IMG/VR virus record: IMGVR_UViG_3300027791_000007 | Coordinates: 32,001-96,000 of that record | Direction: 5' to 3' (one strand) | From: a virus | DNA length: 64,000 bases | In this document: in pieces, positions 9,801-18,392 of the stretch | Numbering within the stretch: position 1 is the first letter of the stretch | How the letters are laid out: every line of letters begins with the position of its first letter | Program-made: the position numbers and the translations under genes | Notes under the pieces: generated by a model | Told to the model about the DNA's origin: nothing | The model's database searches: none | What the model saw: only the letters and a program-made list of their open reading frames with translations

Positions 9801-10675
9801 TTACTTGCCAACTTCTCAAAGTATGACATAGTATCGTCATCTTCTTCACTGACTTGTACTGGTGCTGATACTTCTGTAGTATCAACAATCGGTGCAATTG
9901 GGTCATCCATAATGGCTTCTGCTGTTTTAGCAACTACCGTTCCAGACAATACAATATCTAGACGAGTTTTAAGTTCGTCATAAGACTTGAAGTTAGTAGG
10001 AGCAAGAAAACTCTGTAAGTCATGTTGACTAGAAAAGATTTCTTCCAACTTATCATCTTCTGCAAGTTTAGTTGGTTCAGCAAACTCTGACTTATCATAG
10101 TTCCAGTAACCGTCTACCTTACGAATCTTTAATTTAAAGTCTGCACCTTCATCCAAATCAAAAGCATTTAAAGGTTTCTCATCTTCAAATGCTGGTGTTG
10201 CAGCTTCGGAAATCTTATCCCAAATCTTCTTACCATATCTGAACAAGAAAACTTTACCTTCGTTCTCTGGATGTTTAGGGTCACTTACCACATAGATGTT
10301 TGAGTAATAAGATAATTTCCTCTTTTGTTTACGGGCAATTTCCTTATCGGACTCTACACCACTATTCCACAATGCAGTATTGTGTTCTGACACTGGGTCT
10401 TTACCACCAGGCAAAGTAGTAAGAGAGTTCTCAATAAACCACTGTCCAGTTGGCCCTTGGAAAGCATGTGAATATAACTTCACCCATGATTTCTCAATTT
10501 GTGCCGCAGGCAAGAAACGAATAACTGCATAACCATTACCAGTTTTATCCAACTCTGGTTTCCACATTCTTTCGTCTACATATGATTTTTTTTGAACTTG
10601 TGGTTCATCAGCTTCCGCCATGGCACCAAGTAATTTGTCCAATGATTTGGACTTTCTATACTCTTCTAAAGACAT
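9797..10675 (-). CDS. gp32: single-stranded DNA-binding protein gp32
   Basis: DERMWKP..DKTGNGYAVIRFLP...IENSLTT...YGKKIWDKI...NYDKSEF; acidic tail. Confidence 0.96.
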   Translation of the reverse strand: MSLEEYRKSKSLDKLLGAMAEADEPQVQKKSYVDERMWKPELDKTGNGYAVIRFLPAAQIEKSWVKLYSHAFQGPTGQWFIENSLTTLPGGKDPVSEHNTALWNSGVESDKEIARKQKRKLSYYSNIYVVSDPKHPENEGKVFLFRYGKKIWDKISEAATPAFEDEKPLNAFDLDEGADFKLKIRKVDGYWNYDKSEFAEPTKLAEDDKLEEIFSSQHDLQSFLAPTNFKSYDELKTRLDIVLSGTVVAKTAEAIMDDPIAPIVDTTEVSAPVQVSEEDDDTMSYFEKLASN

Positions 10676-11439
10676 TATAATACTCCTTTTTCGTATGTTT
10701 CGTATGTCATTGTTTTCTGATTTACGCCTAGAGTTTCATCCTTATCACCAATCTGAATAAACATGACGTTAGGAAATTCCTTGACTATCGTGTTAAACTG
10801 ATTGTTCCAAATTATAGGATTGAAACCTTTGGCACTTTCGGATACATAATTCTTTGTACCCTTATACATGTTATTTATAGGTTTGTCAAACTCATTTCCG
10901 TCAAACCCTACCATGTATAATTCTTTAGCACCTTGTTGACATGCAAGGTGAATAGCAGTATTTCCAGTAGACCATCCTTTTGGATACCCTATGTCATTTA
11001 CCATATCTTCACCTAAATGTGTTATAAACAAGCCCACATTATAAGACATCTTGATTCTTAGATCATTTTCGTCTGCATGTGGATTTTGTGCCATAATCTC
11101 TTTTATGTTTTCTTCTACTGATTCTTTTGTTTTACCTTGAACGACACACCCCCTTTGTTCAGGCATTTCTGTTGTTTGATGTACTCCACCATCACCCCAC
11201 CCCATAATCAAGGATTCATAACCAAACTCTGGTGGTAGTATATCCCAATCTGCAAAGTGGCATTTATTGTTCTTTACATAACCACTTTCATATATCTCTT
11301 GTTGCATATTATAGTCTACTGACACTAAATTGTCAACAGTAAAATCACGATAAATTGCATTACACCCCCAAGTGGTTGTCCACTCGTTGTATCTTACTTC
11401 TCTTCTTGATTCACCGTTACCGTAAACTATGTGTTTCAT
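10675..11439 (-). CDS. putative GT42/Maf (CstII-like) glycosyltransferase-fold protein
   Basis: GNGESR, GCNAIY, STGNTAIHLA, ELYMVGFD follow the same order as CstII/Maf motifs. Confidence 0.55.
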   Translation of the reverse strand: MKHIVYGNGESRREVRYNEWTTTWGCNAIYRDFTVDNLVSVDYNMQQEIYESGYVKNNKCHFADWDILPPEFGYESLIMGWGDGGVHQTTEMPEQRGCVVQGKTKESVEENIKEIMAQNPHADENDLRIKMSYNVGLFITHLGEDMVNDIGYPKGWSTGNTAIHLACQQGAKELYMVGFDGNEFDKPINNMYKGTKNYVSESAKGFNPIIWNNQFNTIVKEFPNVMFIQIGDKDETLGVNQKTMTYETYEKGVL

Positions 11440-12140
11440 TTAGACATCTTTCTGGCAATAGCACTATCTGATGTACTACCTTGTATTTGGTACTCTGATG
11501 TTTCGTTGTTAAAGAATCTCTCTTCCTTTTCAAACTTTAGTTTGTAATGATCTCTATCAGATAAGTTTGCAAGTATATTAAATGCAAGACTTACTCTTTT
11601 ATGATCTGTAGTATTCTTTCCAAATCCATGATACAAATATGAATTAAACATAATCAATGAACCTTTGGTACATGGAAAAGACAATTGATTTGTAAAGTTT
11701 GGATTTGCTCTATTGTAATGTTTTCTCAAAGACATAAATGGGTCGGTATTGAAAGCAACCTTTTCAAAGTTTAGTGGTGGTTGATTAGGATGACTGTCAA
11801 AATAATACACACCACTGATTATAGAATTACCGTGGTTGTGCATATTTTGTGAACTGCCTGGATGTGCTTCGTTAATCCAACTTTCATGTATCCAAAATTC
11901 ATCATATGCAATAGTCATTACGTTATCTAAGTAATCTTTTACACATGATTCAAACCATGTCTTTAATTCGTTCATTTCTGGACGATTTACTATGTTAGGG
12001 AGTTCATCACCAAACTGTGTTGTGTTTGGATTGTTACCACCTTGACCAGTAAACTTAAAGTCACTCTTGTAAACAGGCGGATTAGGATTATTGTAAATCT
12101 GAATCACACCCATTGGAAATATTGGAATACCGTTATCCAT
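11436..12140 (-). CDS. 2OG-Fe(II) oxygenase (TIGR02466-like)
   Basis: ESWIN...HNHGNSIISGVYY...FNSYLYH...RVSLAFN. Confidence 0.85.
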   Translation of the reverse strand: MDNGIPIFPMGVIQIYNNPNPPVYKSDFKFTGQGGNNPNTTQFGDELPNIVNRPEMNELKTWFESCVKDYLDNVMTIAYDEFWIHESWINEAHPGSSQNMHNHGNSIISGVYYFDSHPNQPPLNFEKVAFNTDPFMSLRKHYNRANPNFTNQLSFPCTKGSLIMFNSYLYHGFGKNTTDHKRVSLAFNILANLSDRDHYKLKFEKEERFFNNETSEYQIQGSTSDSAIARKMSK

Positions 12141-12326
12141 CTACTTCTCCATCTTAGATATATATTTGTCTTTTATAATCGAAAATGGAGTCATTATATA
12201 TTTGTCTTTTAGATAAGCATCGACATCCATATCTTTCTTATTAGCACGTTTAGTTATATATGCTTTACGACCTTCACTTAGTGTTTCATAATCTTTTGAA
12301 AGGTCTTTTGAATAATTTAGATTCAT
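12141..12326 (-). CDS. hypothetical protein
   Basis: In operon, coupled to its neighbours. Confidence 0.6.
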   Translation of the reverse strand: MNLNYSKDLSKDYETLSEGRKAYITKRANKKDMDVDAYLKDKYIMTPFSIIKDKYISKMEK

Positions 12327-12601
12327 TATATTACTATTCCACTTACTACTTCTGTATATGCTTTATTTATATCTGGATTAGATAATGTAACTAACACTAT
12401 ACCACCAGCACGAAAGATAGCACTCTTAGTGTTCTCTTCGCCTGTCATACAAACACCCCTTGCAAATCCCATTTTACCTTCTGGTGTATTTACAATCATC
12501 TTAGGATTATCAAGATGAACGCCTGTTTCATCATTGATATTCAATCGACCAACAAACTCACCGGCATTGGTCAATACTGTTACTAGATCACCTTTTTTCA
12601 T
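12326..12601 (-). CDS. hypothetical protein (possible Sm-like fold)
   Basis: KKGDLVTVLTNAGEFVGRL; in operon. Confidence 0.7.
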   Translation of the reverse strand: MKKGDLVTVLTNAGEFVGRLNINDETGVHLDNPKMIVNTPEGKMGFARGVCMTGEENTKSAIFRAGGIVLVTLSNPDINKAYTEVVSGIVI

Positions 12602-12602
12602 A

Positions 12603-12770
12603 TTATTTCCTCTTAGTTGGATATGGTTTACGAACAGAGAGTTCAGAGAGCCTCTCCACTAATTCTTTATTTTTAACAACCAATTCAGCGTTGTTAAATT
12701 CCAAGTTTTTAACACGGGCTCGGAGACCGTCACACCTTGCTTCAAAGAAACCTTCACTTGATTTTGACAT
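12603..12770 (-). CDS. small coiled-coil protein (55 aa)
   Basis: AAGGA SD; MSKSSEGFFEARCDGLRARVKNLEFNNAELVVKNKELVERLSEL... Confidence 0.6.
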   Translation of the reverse strand: MSKSSEGFFEARCDGLRARVKNLEFNNAELVVKNKELVERLSELSVRKPYPTKRK

Positions 12771-12810
12771 AATTTAATCCTTCAATGTCTGTTTTAGTTT
12801 TAATATACTT

Positions 12811-12839
12811 ATATTACCACAAAAGTTACCCTTTGTCAA
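12811..12839 (-). promoter_or_regulatory. sigma70-like early/middle promoter
   Basis: TTGACA-17-TAATAT with extended TG. Confidence 0.7.
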
Positions 12840-12842
12840 CAC

Positions 12843-14036
12843 TTAATTTAATATTTTGTAATATTTTTCCCACTCTGGTACATGATCTAATAGACAAGTT
12901 CCTCTTGCTTTGTCTCTAGATTTAACGTGGCTCATGAGTGCGATTGTACCGTTGTGATCCCACTCAGCCTGTTCTAAAAATCTAATTACTTTTTTTACTT
13001 CATCGTGCTTTCCATTTTGATATAGTGTATCCAGATAACAATCTCTTACCTCTGGTGGTATTGATTCAATTCTGTATACATTGTTAACTACTGGACTAAA
13101 ATTGATATAATGAAACTCTTCACACAACTGATGAACCTTTCCAGCATTTAGTGCATTTATAGTTGCGGCCATGTATGTCTGAATATGTGGAGATTTTTGT
13201 AGTTTCTTTATGTTAACATTTACTACATCCCAATCTGAAAGGTATCTAATATAATTATTAAAGTCACCTACACCATCAACTGAAACATTCACTATAACTC
13301 TACGAAACCTTTTTGTCTCCTCTATAAACCTATCTACATTCTGTGTACCATTTGTGATGACACGAACTATCTTTCTATCAGAAACTACAGACAATATATC
13401 ATAGATATTATTACCTATGAGTGGTTCGCCACCAGTAAACTTAATCTCTTCTGCATTTTCAATTATATGTTTCAAATCTTTATCAAACTGTGGATTAATC
13501 TTTGCTCGTTTAACCCTCTTTTTAGTTTCTCCTAGTTCAATTGCCTCTTTATTAAATTGAGATGAATTACCAGATGAACAAAAGTTACACCGTAAGTTAC
13601 ATATATTTCCTCTTACACCATTCACAATAGCAGTATGCCAAAATGTAGGTTTAGAATCTGTCTCAATTATTTTTTCTAATTCTTCTTTCTTATGGGCAAA
13701 TTCATTTTGATCATTAAACCTAGATAGGTAAAACTGTCTGTGAGAGCGAGAACCAGCTTTTTCTTGTTTCTTACACACTCCACAAATATCGTTAATAAAT
13801 TCTTTATCATCATTATTCTTTAGTGCTGATCTCCATCTTACGTTTTGTGGGGCATTATAGTAGTCATCAAAAGTATCTCTAGAGGAATTAAAGGTTCTAA
13901 GATTGTACTTATCTTGCATATCTTTTTTATTAACAGCAGTCGTAGCACAACAACCTCGTATATCTCCAGGCGCCGAAAACATCAAATTAGTAAACGGTTC
14001 TGGACATATCCAATCGTATTCCTCTAGTTTCTTCAT
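12843..14036 (-). CDS. radical SAM protein with an N-terminal Twitch/SPASM-like Cys motif
   Basis: CNLRCNFC, FTGGEP, ITNGT, VSVDG; N-terminal CPEPF...GCC...CGVC. Confidence 0.88.
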   Translation of the reverse strand: MKKLEEYDWICPEPFTNLMFSAPGDIRGCCATTAVNKKDMQDKYNLRTFNSSRDTFDDYYNAPQNVRWRSALKNNDDKEFINDICGVCKKQEKAGSRSHRQFYLSRFNDQNEFAHKKEELEKIIETDSKPTFWHTAIVNGVRGNICNLRCNFCSSGNSSQFNKEAIELGETKKRVKRAKINPQFDKDLKHIIENAEEIKFTGGEPLIGNNIYDILSVVSDRKIVRVITNGTQNVDRFIEETKRFRRVIVNVSVDGVGDFNNYIRYLSDWDVVNVNIKKLQKSPHIQTYMAATINALNAGKVHQLCEEFHYINFSPVVNNVYRIESIPPEVRDCYLDTLYQNGKHDEVKKVIRFLEQAEWDHNGTIALMSHVKSRDKARGTCLLDHVPEWEKYYKILN

Positions 14037-14257
14037 ATGGGTAATTTTGCATGCTTTGGTAAGAAGTGTAAATCTCTTGCATTTGCTTCAATCTTCTCTT
14101 TCAATCCTTTACTAATTAAACGTCCAACTGTATCGGGCTCAATTTCATTTTTATCACAATAATCTAATACAGCATCCATGTGCGATATCTTCTTTTCTTT
14201 TGCGATTGATTCTATTTTCATTGAAAATGATTTAGAATTTTGTTTGAATTTTATCAC
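14033..14257 (-). CDS. gp33: late-transcription coactivator gp33
   Basis: DAVLDYC...LISKGLKEKIEANA..LHFL..AKLPI. Confidence 0.88.
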   Translation of the reverse strand: MIKFKQNSKSFSMKIESIAKEKKISHMDAVLDYCDKNEIEPDTVGRLISKGLKEKIEANARDLHFLPKHAKLPI

Positions 14258-14283
14258 TTTAGATCCTCATAGTTAATTAAATG

Positions 14284-14470
14284 GAGGCAGGGTTATTTTA
14301 GTTCCCCCAGGCGTCCAGCGCACCCTGCCATTGTGGAATAATACGGCCTTTTATATCGAGTCTACCTTACTTCTTCTTGGTAGTCCATCCCACGGTCGCC
14401 GATACAGTACACCATAGCTACAGATGCACATTCAAATAGTATCGCCTGCGAATCCTCGTTTTACAGAGGA
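14284..14470 (-). ncRNA. unassigned structured RNA downstream of tmRNA
   Basis: GC-rich, no convincing ORF; several hairpins (CGATAC/GTATCG, GTGGGATGG/TTATTCCAC, CTACC/GGTAG, GGCAGGGT/ACCCTGCC). Confidence 0.45.
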
Positions 14471-14473
14471 AAA

Positions 14474-14715
14474 GGTGGTAGGTTTCTGTTGCTAAGTACC
14501 TACCGAACTCCGTGAGATTAAGCAGCTAGTGCATAATCCTCGATTGCAAAATTATCGTTTGCATTTGTAGTCTTGACCAATTACGGAGTCATCCGACAAT
14601 ATTCCTCGCATCTATCCTTGCCTGTCGATCCTATTTCACCCCCATAGATTTTGGTGGAGGTGATGGGTACTGCCCCCATGTCCAGTTCAATCTTCAATTT
14701 GTATCAACACATTGT
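14474..14715 (-). ncRNA. ssrA: circularly permuted (two-piece) tmRNA; tag ANDNFAIEDYALAA*
   Basis: Acceptor piece ...ATGGG-GGCAGTA-CCCAT-CACCTCC-ACCA ends at 14652; 8-nt spacer; GGGGGTG starts at 14643 and gives G3:U; tag at 14562-14518; 3' GCAACAGAA hairpin. Confidence 0.93.
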
Positions 14716-14719
14716 ATTA

Positions 14720-14750
14720 TATTTATACCACACTTAGATACCATTGTCAA
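14720..14750 (-). promoter_or_regulatory. overlapping sigma70-like and late promoters for tmRNA
   Basis: TTGACA-17-TATAAA; the -10 is part of TATAAATA (14727-14720). Confidence 0.7.
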
Positions 14751-15168
14751 GTAAAACTTCTACTTTTGTCTTACTATTTTTTGGTATATGCATTTCCATA
14801 CCCTTACCAGACCCCAAAAGACACGCCATTCCAGTTGTGTAATGTAATTCAATCAGAGTAAATCTACTAGTTTGAGGATTCATTGACCACATAATCTGTA
14901 GAGGTAGAGTTCCACCTTCTCTTGTTATTAAAAATGCATCACCACTAACAAATGGTATTTCACCCAATTCATTTCGTAACCAAGAAACCATTGCATTTAT
15001 TGGTTTACATGTCATTGGCCTCATTATAACAAATTCTGATGGTACTTCTGGTACTATCTCTTTTTTTTCTTCCATATCACAACACGGAGGTTCTTGATTC
15101 GGTTCAATTGCAAATACAGTAGTAGTTAAAGCGATACCGATAAGAACACTAAGCAGTAAGTTTTTCAC
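14734..15168 (-). CDS. hypothetical secreted protein
   Basis: N-terminal signal peptide-like segment. Confidence 0.7.
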   Translation of the reverse strand: MKNLLLSVLIGIALTTTVFAIEPNQEPPCCDMEEKKEIVPEVPSEFVIMRPMTCKPINAMVSWLRNELGEIPFVSGDAFLITREGGTLPLQIMWSMNPQTSRFTLIELHYTTGMACLLGSGKGMEMHIPKNSKTKVEVLLDNGI

Positions 15169-15832
15169 TGTTCTGTTCCTTTGTTCTAAAGACGCTGACT
15201 GCTTCTATTAACAAAGGCAAGTAATCCGTTTTGTCTTTGATAAACTCTTGAACAGTACCATCTTCTGTTACAACAAGTATAACCACTTGACTAATAGGTT
15301 GACTTGTTCGTTCTTCAAACATCTCTGCATATGCAGATCCTTGAATGTAGTAGTTTTCGTTCCAATCATCACTACGTTCTCTTTTTGATGTCTTGAAATC
15401 AATAATAGATAAGACTCCATTGTATTCTGCAATACAATCTACTCTACCGGCTACTTTATATTTATCAGAATAGAGTCCACACTCTTGTGATCTAATATTA
15501 TCAATTTTGCATAACAGTTGTGCAGATAATTCTTTAAATAAACAATATGGAAGAAAATCTTTTTTATGTTTATCTTCATCAAAGTTATTGTTTAAATAAT
15601 CCTCACACATCTGATGAACTTTTGTACCACGACTAGCAGCAGTTCGCATAACATGATTAGCAACATCGTTACCAACCCTCTTACGCCATTCAAATAGACC
15701 TTCTGCTTTTCGTCCATTAAGGACAGTGGTGATAGATGGGTACTTATTGCCCTCTGGTGTAAGATAGAATCTCTTACCATTAATATTTTTCGTTGTAACT
15801 TCTGGTAATACTACCGTTTCATGATTAAACAT
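15149..15832 (-). CDS. PD-(D/E)XK exonuclease (Cas4/Exo-like)
   Basis: YPSITTVL...RGTKVH...AGRVDCIAEY..LSIIDFKTS...YYIQ..AYA. Confidence 0.88.
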   Translation of the reverse strand: MFNHETVVLPEVTTKNINGKRFYLTPEGNKYPSITTVLNGRKAEGLFEWRKRVGNDVANHVMRTAASRGTKVHQMCEDYLNNNFDEDKHKKDFLPYCLFKELSAQLLCKIDNIRSQECGLYSDKYKVAGRVDCIAEYNGVLSIIDFKTSKRERSDDWNENYYIQGSAYAEMFEERTSQPISQVVILVVTEDGTVQEFIKDKTDYLPLLIEAVSVFRTKEQNSEKLTA

Positions 15833-15859
15833 TATATATCCTTCTTAATTATATAACAC

Positions 15860-15888
15860 AGTATAACACAACATTGCCCCATTGTCAA
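15860..15888 (-). promoter_or_regulatory. sigma70-like promoter
   Basis: TTGACA-17-TATACT. Confidence 0.75.
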
Positions 15889-16049
15889 GAGATATTATGA
15901 TTTTCTTTTACTACATACATAGTCCAATGTGGGTGTTTCTTTGATAAATGGACTGCTTCTTCTTCTAGTTTTTCTCTTGATGGACTGTAACTTTTTACCC
16001 ATGTTTTGTATGTGTTTTTTACAACCAACTTGTACTCATCATTCTTCAA
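15885..16049 (-). CDS. small hypothetical protein (54 aa, TTG start)
   Basis: Start overlaps the lysozyme stop (TTGA); MKNDEYKLVVKNTYKTWVKSYSPSREKLEEEA... Confidence 0.45.
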   Translation of the reverse strand: MKNDEYKLVVKNTYKTWVKSYSPSREKLEEEAVHLSKKHPHWTMYVVKENHNIS

Positions 16050-16489
16050 CCAATTTGCCTCATTCTTTCTACTAATCTGTCTGCCCTTTTAGTCACTTGA
16101 CGATACCATCTGCTATCAACCATTTCGTCTGCAGCTGCGTTCCAATCTTTGGCATCCACTCCTCGTTTCATACCCTTAAATTTAGACAATCTTGGTCGGC
16201 CCATATTGAACATCATGTTTGCGACTATTAATTGCACTTCTTCTGGTAAATCATCAAAGTCTGGATATAGTTTGGTACAGTCTGATAAGACATTCTCAAC
16301 ATCTTGGTTGAAGGCTTCAGCAACTCTAACTTTTGTGATAAGCGTTCCAACTTCCCATTTATACTCTGGGTCTGATTCCAAAACAAGGTGGCCAATACCA
16401 AAAGTAGGCAGACCAAGATGGTCAAGATATATCTTTCCTACACTTCCCTCATCATATGCAATTTCCTCTCGTAGTTTATCTATATTCAT
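16046..16489 (-). CDS. T4-type lysozyme (GH24 endolysin)
   Basis: DEG...YLDHLGLPTFGIGH...NMMFNMG...DSRWYRQ; start moved to MNIDKL after AGGAG SD. Confidence 0.92.
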   Translation of the reverse strand: MNIDKLREEIAYDEGSVGKIYLDHLGLPTFGIGHLVLESDPEYKWEVGTLITKVRVAEAFNQDVENVLSDCTKLYPDFDDLPEEVQLIVANMMFNMGRPRLSKFKGMKRGVDAKDWNAAADEMVDSRWYRQVTKRADRLVERMRQIG

Positions 16490-16499
16490 TTTATACTCC

Positions 16500-16719
16500 T
16501 TAAGCTGCAAGTGGTTGTTTTGGATCAACATCTAAATGTTTACCCCACTCTGCATAGTAATGTCTCATACCCACTTCATCGTGGATAGTAGAGTTCTCAT
16601 GTCTACCATGCAATATATTTCTCTTCTCTGTACCTTCTCGCATTGTAGTTCCTTGTCCACTAACCCCAATCAAATCTTCATGAAGGTTACGTCCAATTCA
16701 GATGATTGCGTGGCGGCAT
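16500..16719 (-). pseudogene. internally deleted remnant of a Rieske ring-hydroxylating oxygenase alpha subunit
   Basis: MPPRNHLNWT* joined out of frame to GRNLHEDLIGVSGQG...IHDEVGMRHYYAEWGKHLDVDPKQPLAA*. Confidence 0.55.
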
Positions 16720-16723
16720 TGGT

Positions 16724-17428
16724 TTACTCCATTCCTATCCCTAGTTTAGTTTTTTGTATTAAGTAGTTTCTTACAAATCCACTTCGTACAATATCTCCGA
16801 TTGTAAATTCTGTACAATTAAATTCTTTCATTTCTTCTGCGATTCTTAAAAAATCCCAAAGTCCATTTTTCTCGTTTGTTCTTACCAAATCACTTTGTGA
16901 AAAGTCTCCACAAAATGCTATCTTGGAGTCTTGTCCAAGTCTGGTTGTAATCGTATCCAACTCATGGAAATTTAAGTTCTGACATTCATCAACTATAACA
17001 AGAGCATTGTCAAATGTTAATCCTCTTAGAAAAGATGTTGACAAGAAAAACAATGTTCCTTGTGCTTTTAATCTTTCATACAAAGAAGTAAATGATTGTT
17101 CGTTTGGCATTTCAAACATGAACTGAACCATGTTAGAGTATGGAACTTGATACAATGCTGATTTATCTTCTTCATCGCCTGGTAAGAATCCAATCTCTCT
17201 TGTTGGTATAAGTGATCTGACTATAATAACCTTATCAATCTTTGATGTGTTATCTAGTGCTTCAGATAGTCCATTGAACAATGAAACAAAGGTCTTTCCA
17301 GTTCCTGCTGCTCCATATAGAAACTGACTTGCACCAGTTTTCCAACTTTCAAATACCACTTTTTGGTTATCCGTTGCTGGTTTAATAGCAACCATATTCT
17401 TTTTTGTTATTTCTAATTTCTTACTCAT
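16724..17428 (-). CDS. phoH: PhoH-family ATPase
   Basis: GAAGTGKT, IGFLPGD, FLRGLTF, IVDECQN, FCGDFSQSDL. Confidence 0.95.
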   Translation of the reverse strand: MSKKLEITKKNMVAIKPATDNQKVVFESWKTGASQFLYGAAGTGKTFVSLFNGLSEALDNTSKIDKVIIVRSLIPTREIGFLPGDEEDKSALYQVPYSNMVQFMFEMPNEQSFTSLYERLKAQGTLFFLSTSFLRGLTFDNALVIVDECQNLNFHELDTITTRLGQDSKIAFCGDFSQSDLVRTNEKNGLWDFLRIAEEMKEFNCTEFTIGDIVRSGFVRNYLIQKTKLGIGME

Positions 17429-18000
17429 TTTCTACTCCACTTTACATAGTATCTTTTAGGGCCCTTCTTTCCTTCATTATCTAAAACTGGAACACTGTCA
17501 ACCTTGAACTCTACCAAATCAAACCCATAACGATCTGTAAAGTATTTATTATGTTCTATACTCCAAGGAAAATATTCTACATTACTTGGTGTCAAATTAT
17601 TAACCCCTCTTCTAAGTCTATTGCCAGTATTTTGTCTCCAAAAAATAACATCACCACTCTTAGTTATTTTACTTAAATGTTTTATTTGCATTTCTACATA
17701 TTCTTTATTATAAAAATTTAAACTTCCTAATGCCAGAAAAGTATCAAACTCTTTATGTGGTGTGTAATCTTCAAATTTTATCATCTCGTCTGCAGCTTCA
17801 TTGTATGGATCAATCCCATATAAATCATCAAAGTATGGTTTCCACATATTTATACCACAACCTATATCTAATACTTTTGCATCTCTAGGAATCTTTCTTA
17901 AAAGTTCAAATCCAGTGTGTCTATATTTGTAATATAAACTTCTGATTCTAGCATCTCTTGTGTGTCCATCTTTTCCTAAATGAAAGTTAGATGTATTCAT
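17425..18000 (-). CDS. class I SAM-dependent methyltransferase
   Basis: VLDIGCGINMWKP...GIDPY...LALGSLNF. Confidence 0.8.
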   Translation of the reverse strand: MNTSNFHLGKDGHTRDARIRSLYYKYRHTGFELLRKIPRDAKVLDIGCGINMWKPYFDDLYGIDPYNEAADEMIKFEDYTPHKEFDTFLALGSLNFYNKEYVEMQIKHLSKITKSGDVIFWRQNTGNRLRRGVNNLTPSNVEYFPWSIEHNKYFTDRYGFDLVEFKVDSVPVLDNEGKKGPKRYYVKWSRK

Positions 18001-18011
18001 ATTTTAATCCA

Positions 18012-18377
18012 CTACTTATATGTGTGTCTACCGCCAATAATTTCAGCTTTATTTAGATTGTGTGATGTTCCACCGTCTGTTACTTTTGCACCAGTTCTTT
18101 TCTTTATAACTTGTCTTGCTTTCTTTTTCGCCATGTTCTCATTACTACCGTATCTAGAAGCAAGGGGCGAGTTAGGATGTGCCTCTGCAATCCTAGACAT
18201 GTTCTCTTTGAAACCATCGTCTACTTTGTGTGTTCTTCCTTCAATACCACCCACAATCGCAATTGCTACTGGAACTTGATTGATGTCTGGATTGTTCTCT
18301 AGGAATGTTTCTTTTTCAGACATTCCCATAAACTCATCCCAAACCTCACCGTCTTTATTAAATCTATATGTTGGCAT
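18012..18377 (-). CDS. FmdB-like conserved phage protein
   Basis: MPTYRF...E.FLENNP.I.QV...DDGFKE; usual phoH neighbour in T4-like phages. Confidence 0.7.
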   Translation of the reverse strand: MPTYRFNKDGEVWDEFMGMSEKETFLENNPDINQVPVAIAIVGGIEGRTHKVDDGFKENMSRIAEAHPNSPLASRYGSNENMAKKKARQVIKKRTGAKVTDGGTSHNLNKAEIIGGRHTYK

Positions 18378-18392
18378 AATTTTCTCCCATGT

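Noticed and set aside
16490-16531. N-terminal extension of the lysozyme in the ORF track
   Set aside because: A strong AGGAG SD precedes ATG 16489, and the extension overlaps the oxygenase remnant.
16536-16766. Plus-strand 76-aa ORF
   Set aside because: It is antisense to the operon; the minus-strand remnant explains the sequence better.
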